64,000 nt of DNA from the human T2T-CHM13v2.0 reference genome, Homo sapiens. The position numbers and the translations under genes were made by a program. The notes beneath the pieces were generated by a model. The model made no database searches and had not been told where the DNA came from. It worked only from the letters and a program-made list of their open reading frames with translations. How positions within the stretch are numbered: the stretch's first letter is position 1; each line of letters starts with the position of its first letter. Location: NCBI RefSeq assembly GCF_009914755.1, contig NC_060927.1. The stretch is one strand, 5' to 3'. Of this stretch, positions 31,448-42,238 are shown piece after piece.

Positions 31448-31750
31448 AGGGGTTGCAACTTAAATGTCTCCAGGGGCCAGGTAAGTCACCCTCATGACTG
31501 AGGTGGCTGAGCTGTGCCCCTGGCTACACGGAGAACATAGACCTCACCTGAAGGGCAGCGCACTTGGCTCCTGACAATGTGACACCATGTGGCGATACAG
31601 GCAGGCATGGCCAAATGTGATTTTCTTTCTTCAGGACATGTCAGAAATCTGCATTTTTAAGTGTTAGCAGCCAGTAAGAAAATTTAAAAGGTAAAGTAAG
31701 CATGCCTACAGACCACAATTGACCTACAGGCCACCAGTTTAAGAAATCTG
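31448..31750. mobile_element. hAT-Charlie-type MITE (MER102-like)
   Basis: caggggttgcaac start, cagaaatctgcattttt internal, acaggccaccagttt..ctg end. Diverged. Confidence 0.5.
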
Positions 31751-32996
31751 AGATAGAGAGTTAAGGAATAAGGGAATCTGCTGGAAGTCTTTATTTTTAA
31801 AAAACACCAAAAGTGGGAAGAAATCAGTGATGAGGGATTTATGAACCAGGATTTTGTGGATTTAAGCATTGTGATAATTTGTAACCAGTCACTGAAATGC
31901 TGAAAAGTTAGAGAAATGAAGTAATTACACAAGTATATTACTTCCAAAAATTTTTCTTTTACTTTTGGTTATCATGTTTATTCTGTGGTAAAAAGGTTTC
32001 CCAACACTCAACGCAATGTATTCTTTTTGGGATCAGGTAAAAGTTACTGTATTTGAAATGTTTTCAGATGGTTGCATTGCATATTCTTCAATAAATGGTT
32101 TTGCCTAGATATGGATTTAAAGAGAGAGAATAAGTTGAGTTTATAGCAGTGCAAATAAAAGTGGCAGAAGATCCATTTTTAATTGACAGCAGAAATTGAA
32201 CATTTAGTGAATCTTCACTTTTTAAAACAATTATTTAGGGGAATGGCTTATCCTAACTGACCTCACTATCACTAGAGGGCACTCGTGAACTACACTGGAA
32301 AATGCCAGGGCTTCTCGTTTGTGTCTAACTCATGATTTGTGAGGTAAAAACTAAAGTGAGAATTGAATGTTTAAGATGTCTTTGCTGTAAATGCCAATAG
32401 AAAGTGCAAATTAGATGACTTTTGGATTTTATTTGAATGATGGAAACTCAATATTAGAAATCACTTTGTGAGTTAAATGTTTGGATTTACTTTTTTTGTA
32501 CCTTCTCACAGCCCCAATTCACGACAATTCTCAATTGCTGCTGAATCCAGTGATATCTAAAAGTTTTAGTGTTGCTTTAGGGTGCTTAACCTTTCGGTTT
32601 TATTGGACTCCTATGAGAATATATGTTTGTTTTATATTTGTACGGCTGTACTGCTTCGATTCTAGCATAAGTGTTTTGTGCATAAATGCATGTTCTTCCC
32701 TGTTCATGAGTCATCAACTTCATTTATATCTCTGCACAGCTTCACTAACAGTTCTACTTTATTTAATTTAGCTTAGCCTCCTGATTCCTTGTTGGTTTTT
32801 AGTAGAAGATATTTCCTCCCTCAAATGTTCCCAGAAATTTGTTCTCCCATAAGGTATATCAGACTGAATTGGGGGTGCATCCTGTAGCCCCACCATATCG
32901 TCATCCTTTAGCTCTGTGCTCATGTGCTGAGGATGACTGTATTCAGTGAATGGCAGTCTGGCTCACCCATGATTGCCTATAAAAAGTGAGAATCAA

Positions 32997-33268
32997 TGCC
33001 TGTAATCCCAGCACTTTGGGAGGCTGAGGTGGGCAGATCGCTTGAGGTCAGGAGTTTGAGATCAGCCTAGCTAACATAGCGAAACCCTGTCTCTACCAAA
33101 AATACAAAAATTAGCTGGGTGTGGTGGCATGCACCTGTAATCCCAGCTACTTGGAAGACTGAGGCAGGAGAATGAACGGCTTGAAACCCAGGAGGCAGAG
33201 GTTGCAGTGAGCCGAGATTGCGCCACTGCACTCCAGCCTGGATGACAGAGGGGAAAAAAAAAAAAAAA
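32997..33268 (+). mobile_element. Alu lacking the first ~20 nt
   Basis: Starts tgcctgtaatcccagc and has an A tail. Flanks share agaatca. Confidence 0.95.
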
Positions 33269-33535
33269 GAATTAGAATCAGAACAGATTTTCAAAAAGAA
33301 TTAGCTGTCAGAAAGCAAGCAGGCCCTGCCCAGAATTCTAATAGAAGTTATTGATTATAACAATGACTTAAATATTGATAATGACAGTGATGTGACATTA
33401 AATGTAAAAAATAAAATATGAAAATATAAGATGTTGGGATGCTTCCAAGTCTCTGGTTTGTCACTTAGGTAAAATATCCAAGTCACAGTTTAAAAGAAAA
33501 CTTTATATGTAGTTGTTTGGAGTTTAGTGAGCTAA

Positions 33536-33751
<216 letters not shown>

Positions 33752-34393
33752 ATGGACCTCAAGTTTATGGAGGGAATAGGATGATCCCTGGCCTACACTG
33801 ACTAAGCCTGTCATCAAGAAATGAGCTTCCTCTAACAACCATGAGTCCATTTGGAACTTCTGTGTTAAAAGCCTTCAGTCCAAGTCAAATGTTGTCAGTG
33901 AGCTGTGTCCCTGGGGAGTTCTTTATGCCCTGCCTCTTGCTTGATCTTTTCCAGGTTGTTGAACCTCAGCCCTCTTTCTCTGGGTTTAATCTATTGCTGT
34001 TACTGCCTAGACAATTTTCTATCTTCTCATATCTGATCAACTGACTGTCTTGTCCCAAGTCCCTTCCTTCCTTCTACTAACCTCTAACACAACCTTAATG
34101 GAGGCCAACAAGCCCTTACCTAACTTCTGGACATTGCCAGCTGCTCTGCAGCCCCACGCCCATAACTGCAATTATTGCCTATCTCAACTATCTACCCCAG
34201 GCATGCACTACACAGGAAATCAGCTCACTAATCTGGTTGAGTTCCTGTGTGGAGCTGATAATGATGCTTTTGCATGCTTCTGCTCTGATTGTTTTGGCTA
34301 GGCCTAGTGGTTAATGTGGTTCTTTGAACATTTCTGCCTTAAAATATATAACAAAAGTAACGTTTAAGTATGAGTGCTCAAATTCATTATCTT

Positions 34394-34399
34394 AATAAA
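34394..34399 (+). terminator. Candidate polyadenylation signal for IQCJ exon 5
   Basis: First AATAAA I found after the exon 5 stop. It adjoins a MIR-like remnant, and ATTAAA alternatives lie near 34741 and 34775. Confidence 0.3.
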
Positions 34400-36530
34400 A
34401 GCTGAGCACTTGTTATGTGCCAGGCACTCTGCTATTATCTTGTTTAATCCTATCAATGATCATACAAAGAAAGACACTATTATTATCTCCATTTTACAGG
34501 TGATGAAAAAGAGACTTAAAGAGATAACTACCTTTTCTTGGGCCACCCATTGGGTTGGAGCTCCATATTTTATTCTTCCACTATATTACTTGAAAAGAAG
34601 GCTGCATTTAGACACGGTCAAGCAATCAGTTCATGCATTTCTAAGACTGCTTTACAATTTGGTAGTTACAAACAGTGAATGAAACAATATTTTTAAAACC
34701 CTCATTTGATTTTATAAATTGCTTCATTCAATGCTCCTTGATTAAAACCTCAAACCTCAGCTGTTCAATGCCAAATTAAAGAGCAACAGAAGGGAAGATA
34801 ATATTAAGTTATGTTAGCAATTTGCATATTAAGTGCCCTTACACTGCAATGTATCATGTGGTAACAGAAAAATTTGTTTTAGAAATAGGAATTTTGAATA
34901 GCAACTGTTAGGGAATGGAGCTTGTGGATATCAAAATGATTTTTAAAAAGAGTAATCTTCTCTCCTTAAAAAATATTAGTTATTGCACAAAGGACAACAG
35001 TAGGAAATGCCCTGTGTATTTTTTATTAATCAATTTCATATCATAAAATATTTAACGCTTTTCGTTTCCAGCTCCCAGAGATCTGTAGCTTGTCTAATAG
35101 GATTATCATGGAAAGAAACTATAGCATGGTATTTTCTAAACTCCAAGATTGATGACCTTTTCAGAAATTATTAGCATGACCTTACAAATAAGTCCGGAAA
35201 AATCTTTGGGATTATTTAGAGACATTCTCAATCTCTTTTGGCTTAGAATTGTTTCCTCCTGCTTGGGCCTTGCTTTGCGGTCACGCCTCTCTCTCCCATT
35301 GGTTCCCATATTATTATGATCTGGCCTATAGGGGGCACTGTGGCTCATGGAATGAGGCGCTGCCTGGGTAGGAGGATGTGACTTACAATAGCAGCTCTGC
35401 CACTATTTCTATGTGTCCAAGATATATCATTTGAGAGGACATTCCTCATCTGAAACTGGAAATAATACCCACCTCAGAAATGGATTGGGATTGCTGTGAA
35501 GGTTAAACGGCACTACGCATGTAAACTACAGCACAGAACCTGGGACTCTGAAGGCTCTCACTAAATATTAGTTGATTTTGAATCTGCTCTTGAAAACGTT
35601 CAGTGAGTTTATTCAAAATGCTGTGGAAAAACTGTGGAGAGCAGAGATGGAATTTTTAACTTGACACTGATTGAGGGGCACAGTACTTGTTTGTGATTCC
35701 CCAAGTGAATCCATGAGAATCAACTCATGCCCCAGAATGAATATGAATATATATATTGGAACTGTACATTACGAAGGTAATAAATTAAGCATTTATTTTA
35801 GTGTTGCTCTTACTAAAGATTGATTTTCCAGTTCTGAAGATGAACTGAGTCCTTTTGCATCTAAATGGGTAGACCTTCTCTGAGAGACCACCCCCACACT
35901 CAGAGTAAAAGCAAGCATAGATCGCTCTCCTTCCTTCCAAGACCTGATGAATAAGGAACAGGCAGATTCTTAGGACACTGGGGAAAGCAGAATTAAGTGC
36001 CATTCCTGCAGCTGCCCAACTTCTACCAGCAGACCTTACTTCATTCCTAGTCAAGAGGAATTATAGTCCTGAGCAGGGTCAAAACCACCGATTTGGACCA
36101 GCTGAAGACTGTTACCTCAGGTGTGAAGTAACACCTGAGTGTTACTTCTGGCGTGAAGGCTGTGGGATGCTTAGGTTAACAGCACTGCTTAAGTGTCCCG
36201 GCATTTAGCAAGAGTGTCTGGATATTCAACAGCTAGCCAGATGACCCACCAAACCTTTCCAAATATACTTCTAAAAGTCAGTCTTACCCTTGCTGTTGAA
36301 CGCGGCGTATTCACCAACATTCAAACTGCTTCATTATCCTCAAGCTTTATTGCCCTTTTCAGATTTACAACCTCCAGGCTTTAAATACATCAAGAAAACT
36401 CTGGTGACTAATTAGGGAGAAAGTCTTGTTACAAAGTCACACTTGGTTGGGGGAAAACTCAGCCCTGAAAGAGGATTTCTGGGACCCCTTCTAATACAAT
36501 TTTGAGATATTTAAAACTATAGAGAATATG

Positions 36531-36847
36531 GGCCGGGTGTGGTGGCTCATGCCTGTAATCCCAGCACTTTGGGAGGCTGAAGTGGGCAGAACACCTGAGG
36601 TCAGGAGGTCGAGACCATCCTGACCAACATGGTGAAACCCTGTCTCTACTAAAAATACAAAAATTAGCTGAGCATGATGGTGTGCGCCTGTAATCCCAGC
36701 TACCTGGGAGGCTGAGGCAGGAGAATTGCTTGAACCCGGGAGGCAGAGCCTGCAAGTGAGCCGAGATTGTGCCACTGCACTCCAGCCTGGGTGACAGAGC
36801 AAGACTCCGTCTCAAAAACAACAACAACAACAACAAAAACAAAAAAC
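36531..36847 (+). mobile_element. Full-length Alu with (AAC)n tail
   Basis: Complete dimer with imperfect TSD aaactatagagaat / aaactatagcgaat. Confidence 0.95.
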
Positions 36848-37767
36848 AAACTATAGCGAATGTAAGCTTTGTGCTACTTAATAATTTAATAACCTAGATT
36901 TTCCAGGTCAGGGACAGGTTACAGTATTAAGCTCAGCTGTTATAAATGTAGGTCTCATGAATTCTAATGTTTTAGTACCCAAACATTATCTTTCATCCTT
37001 CCTTTCAGACCCCCAAATAGCACAAATTCTTTGTCTATTTGTTCCAAATTTTGGTTCTGAGAATATATTAACCATATATAAAAAGAGAAGACTTCTTAGT
37101 ATTTACTTAGAAGTAGATACATTCCTCTTCTTTCAAACCAGAGCCTGAGAGAGTATTTCATTTTCCAAAGTTTTACAAATTATATAATATATAAACATAT
37201 ATGACAGTATGCATAAATCTATTTTTATATAAAATAGTATCTTTATACCACAAACATCCTCTCCCTTTTATGTCTCTAAATATTGGCTGATAATATAGAT
37301 TCCTTTTCCCAAATTATCCTTTTAACATCATGGTTTGAGGGTAATTTTTCTTGATAGGTTTAAAAATAAACATGTTGTTCTGGTTTGGGGATTTAAAATT
37401 TTTTCAAAAGGACTGCTAATATTAAACATTGCGTGAGTTCAGAACGATATGCAAAATTGACAGTTAATTGATCACTGATTCATTCATCCATAGTAACATA
37501 ATAAATCTTCCTTAGCAGTCTCTACACTTAATGACCTATGAGTATAGATGTGAAAATCTAGACATCAAGTATGTCACCTTTGATAAAGATAGTTGAGAAA
37601 TAACTTGTTTTCTGTGTAGTTTACCTTAAGTCCACTCTTGGCATTTGTCCTCATATAAATTCTGTTTTTATTCTATGGCTTGGTGAGATAAATTGTTAGA
37701 TCTCTAATTTAGACACAGAGTGCACCTACATAATAAATCCAGTTTTATTATTACAAATAAACATTCC

Positions 37768-38225
37768 AAAGCACAGAAAGACAAACATTGCATGTTCTCA
37801 CCTATTTATGGAATCTAAAAATTCAAAACAATTGAACTAATGGGCAGAGAGAATAGAAGGATGGTTCCTAGAGCCTTGGAAAGGGAGTGGGAGCCTGGAG
37901 GGGGGCAACTGAGAATAGTTAACGTAATGGGTACACACAAAAAAAGAATGAATGAATAGGCATACTATTTGATAGCAGAACAGGGTGACTATAGTCAGTA
38001 ATAACTTAATTGTACATTTTAAAATAACTATAAGAGTATAATTGAATTGTTTGTAACAATTCAATGCTTGGATAAATGCTTGGATGGATACCCCATTCTC
38101 CATGATTACTTAACGGATAATAATGTGATTATTTTACATTGCATACCTGTATCAAAACATCTCATGTACCCCATAAATATATGCACCTACTATATCTGCA
38201 AAAAAAAAAAACAAAAAACCAACAT
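37768..38225 (+). mobile_element. L1MA-type 3' UTR fragment with poly-A
   Basis: gacaaacattgcatgttctcac...ctcatgtaccccataaatatatgcacctacta followed by an A tail. aacattcca occurs on both sides. Confidence 0.85.
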
Positions 38226-39863
38226 AACCAACATTCCACTCATTGAATGGGTATAAAAGACGCTTTAGGGTCGGAGGAGAAATTAGATGTAGTGAAACTG
38301 GAGAGTGATGTATCATTGTATTACATTTCTTCTGGAAAGCTCATTAGCCTAAGGGTCTTTTGTAAATGAGACATCTTTCGGGGTGGGGGATAATTATTCA
38401 CATCCCTGGATTAGGTCTACATTCATTCACTCGTTCAACAACTATCTGAATGTCTACTGTGTGCCAGGCCTTTGCCAAGCACTGGGGATACAATGATCAC
38501 CAAAAGAAAACAACCTATGCCCTTGCAGAATTTACAAATTCCTCAGTCATGGTTGTCAATTCTTGTAACAGAGCTGTTGATAACATAGGCAATGATAACT
38601 ATTAATTGATTAATTGTATAGAAGGTTTAGGTGCTACTATTAAGAAAAATCTTACTGCTGAAACATCTTCTAGAGCAGAATTTCTCTGAATGTGGTACCT
38701 GAAATATTACTTTTACAGGACGTTGGTAAATGTTAACTGGAAGAGAGGTAAAATGAGTCAATTTATTTACTTTACGACTTCTTCGAGCCTTTTTAAGTTT
38801 CTACACATTTTGATTCTGCAGGAAGGCTGTATTTTTTTCACACTTTCTATGCTTCTTTGAGCATGAAACCTGAAATGAGTCACATCTTACTGGGCTTAAT
38901 GGATCCATGGAACACACTTTGAGAAACATTATCTTAGAGTTACTAGTTGTTAAAGGAAAATTCCAAGAACTCGAATTTTCCTCTAAGTGGCTCAATAATG
39001 CAATTAATGAGTTGAACAATGCATTTAGCAAAACTTCCAATGAAAGTTTTATATACATGTCCTTTTTATAGGCCTCTATCTATAGAGCTGTATTATGCAA
39101 ATGAAAATTTTATTAAGTTCACAGATAAAACTTGTTGCATTAACTGGCTCGTAGGGTTTATATAAAAAACAAATCTAATCAACAAAACAATAGTACTGGA
39201 AGATGGAGTTTTAGAAAGTCAATAAATAACTCATTTTCCTTTCTTGATTTAGAAACTTATTTTCAGAAATAAGAGATTTAGGCAGAGGGAGATCAAAATC
39301 TCAACTTTATTTCCGGTCAAAGCTGGATTGGAGGGTGTAACTCTGACTGTGGCAACATTTGACATCTTACTATTGAACTTTGAAATGAGAGAAACTTACC
39401 AGTCTCACCCACAGGGCAAGCCAGTGTGAATCCTGTGCAGGGAGCTGGATCCCACACAGAGACAGAGGAAGGGTGATCCTGAGCTGTAGATGCCCAGTTC
39501 CTTTGCCTAATCCTCCAATCAGTGTAGCTCTTTCCACCTTTGTAGAGAGGAGAAAAGGATGGAAATCAGAGGCTAGGAGTCTTTAGGAAAATGCTTTCTT
39601 ATGGAAGCCTGAGAAAATAAGAAGGGGGTGCCCAACACTGGATACTTCAGGAAGCAAAAATTGGGCTTTTTAAAAAAAATCATTTTAAGAATCACAAATA
39701 CTTTTTAGTCAGTTTGATTTTTATATGATTTTTTATATAGTAATATATTAATTAGAGTTTTCCAAATAATAATTACTTTTGGAACTTTTTATAAAAATGC
39801 ATATTCCAGAACCACAACAGATCTATCATGTCAGAATATCTGAGAAGCAGCCTGGGACTTTTA

Positions 39864-40138
39864 TTTTTATTTTTATTTTTTTGAGACAGAGTCTCACTCT
39901 GTTGCCCAGGCTGGAGTGCAGTGGTGCGATCTCAGCTCACTGCAATCTCTGCCTCCTGGGTTCAAGTGATTCTTCTGCCTCGGCCTTCTGAGAAGCTGGG
40001 ATTACAGGTGCCCACTACACGCCTGGCTAATTTTTGTATTTTTAGTGGAGATGGGGTTTCACCATCTTGGCCAGGCTGGTCTTGAACTCCTGACCTCTTG
40101 ATCCACCCGCCTTGGCCTCCCAAAGTGCTGGGATTACA
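39864..40138 (-). mobile_element. Alu, slightly 5'-truncated, within a MER5-like remnant
   Basis: Antisense Alu with TSD gggactttta. Confidence 0.93.
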
Positions 40139-40277
40139 GGGACTTTTAAATTTTTAAAAATTCCCCAGATAATCTTCATCATTGTTAAAGTGTAGAAAAT
40201 ACTAAACTGTAGAAATTGACCAAAAATATCTGCTTTATTTAGGAAACTGAAGTGGATCAGAACATTTAGATGATCAA

Positions 40278-40475
40278 TTTTTTTTCTCAATTTTTTTTTG
40301 GATATTTTAGCCTTTGGAATAAAATATTCCAAATTTTATTTGGATATTTTTCTCAATTTTTATTTGGATATTTAGCATAAATTTATTTGGATAAAAATTT
40401 ATCCAAATAAATTTTTATTTGGATATTTTATTTGGATATTTTAGCATTCTCAATTTTTATTTGGATATTTTAGAT
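40278..40475. repeat. Patchwork low-complexity repeat of TTTATTTGGATATTT units with embedded inverted copies
   Basis: About 7 TTGGATA units. 17-bp inverted arms at 40379-40395 / 40398-40414. Confidence 0.9.
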
Positions 40476-41499
40476 ACGCGGTGAGAAGCTGGTGAGGCAA
40501 TATTTTCCTGATGAGATGCCAGAACAATCACCATTGCTTTAATAGAATTTGTTCAGTGGCACTGGTTGTGTGGAAAATTGTTTTCTCCTCAGATTTATGG
40601 TTTTTTCTCAAAAATATGACAGAATACTGTGCTCTTAAAGGAAAGCTGCTTTTGTTTGATCTATTTGGCCTTAAGGGAGGGAATACATTTAATAAGCACT
40701 AATTAGATTAGTTTCAAGTTATTCTTCACTTGGGCTATAAGAATTGTTTAGTTGGCATGAAAGGGGATTAGATAATTTATTAACTGGCATAAATGACAAT
40801 TATGGCTGAAAATCATAAATTATGGCATATGACTAAATAGAAAGAGAAAAATATGTTGCAAAGAATGATCATGGACATTGCTCATTTAAACATTCTTTAA
40901 AAGAATATGTGTACTATGAATTACCAGTTAGGTGTGCAGATTAGTAATAATATAGCTAATTTTCTATTTTTACTTTATTCAGAACTGAAAAACATCTAAA
41001 AATAGTGAGTTAAAGAACGTTTTTCTTTAACCAACACTTGAAAATATACTCCAATCGTTTCAGAGATAGTAAGATGTTTTTATGTTTATATAACTTTTTA
41101 ATTTTGTTACATAAACTGTTGTTAGAAGTTGAAGATGGTTTCCTTAATTTTTATTTTGCAATCTTTATGGATTGAATTAAAAAATAATTTTTGGACATGC
41201 TAAATATTCTGAGAGGTGTTTAGAAGTAGATTCTATATCCTTAGAGAGCCTCTAGTTCCCACAGCAGCTTCTCCAGGGAAAGCCCTTCTTCACTATATTC
41301 ACCACAAATTAATGGCAGTTATTCATTTTTTAAAGCAGTACCAGAAGCTGATCTTAGCTTAAAGGGGAGGCTTCATCTCACATATGAGCAGCAAATTGAT
41401 TTTCTCTTCATGGCACTGTATCGATAGGGTTAAGTATTTTGATAGAAGACCATGCTATTTAATATAAGTAGATTTTCAAGAAAATCACTATGCTAAATA

Positions 41500-42175
41500 C
41501 TTCACTAGAAGGACTTTATCTATATACAGCAGCAACTGTGACCTGCTTTAGAGATGACATCATTGGGTGTCATGTGGCTCTTTATACGTTTCAGCCTCAG
41601 AAAGAGATAATCTGTGAAAGCCACAGAGCCTGATTTCTGCTGTGATAATCTTCAGCAGACCGAGGCTGGGGCGAGAATGAGGCAGACCTGTTTACATGGT
41701 GTGTGCAGTGCCTTGTGGAATTCTTAACTCTATTTTATTGTATTATTTTTAATCGAAAAGTAGATCAGATGATAGCATGAAGTGAATCGGCTGCTTTGGA
41801 CTAATGGGATCTTCTTTTCTGCATTAAGATCAAGAACTTTTCTGGAATCCTCTGTTCTCCGAGTAGCCTTGTCTTCTCTGTGTGTTTTATCAATTTGAAG
41901 AACACTGGCAAAAATCAGCAAACTTCATCTCCCAAAAAGCTCTCGCTCTTTTTTGCCAATACTTGAAGATTTCTGCTCCAAAATCTACTTTGAGCTGCTT
42001 GAGCATGGTGGTTGATAACCGAAGGGCAAAAGCATCACTTATTTAGTGTGTGTTATAGAAATTTTTTAGACAACCTTACTAGCTAACCCAGGTGACCCTT
42101 TACGGATTTCTTTCAAAGCCAATTTGAATAAACAACTCTTCCCTCTCAAATGGGCAAGAGTAACTCTTCAGCACC
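41500..42175 (+). promoter_or_regulatory. SCHIP1: Putative SCHIP1 promoter / 5' UTR
   Basis: Repeat-free sequence upstream of the SCHIP1 ATG with no evident acceptor before it. CRE-like ATGACATCAT (41554-41563) overlaps an inverted CCAAT (ATTGG), and GGGGCG lies near 41668. The TSS cannot be fixed from sequence. Confidence 0.5.
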
Positions 42176-42187
42176 ATGGAGAGGTCC
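42167..42187 (+). promoter_or_regulatory. RE1/NRSE (REST-binding) element
   Basis: TTCAGCACCATGGAGAGGTCC. The first 17 nt fully match the degenerate RE1 consensus NTYAGMRCCNNRGMSAG. Confidence 0.7.
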
Positions 42188-42238
42188 GGGCAGCGTGTTA
42201 CAACGTGGGACTGTGACCAGGGCAAGCACTCTGACAGT
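42176..42238 (+). CDS. SCHIP1: SCHIP1 (schwannomin-interacting protein 1) first coding exon: MERSGQRVTTWDCDQGKHSDS
   Basis: Strong Kozak gcaccATGG, 21 codons, phase-0 donor AGT|gtaagt. Matches the recalled SCHIP1 N-terminus. The remaining exons lie beyond the window. Confidence 0.95.

Noticed and set aside
40278-40475. CRISPR-like repeat-spacer array
   Set aside because: There are no unique spacers or constant period, and the context is mammalian with no cas genes.
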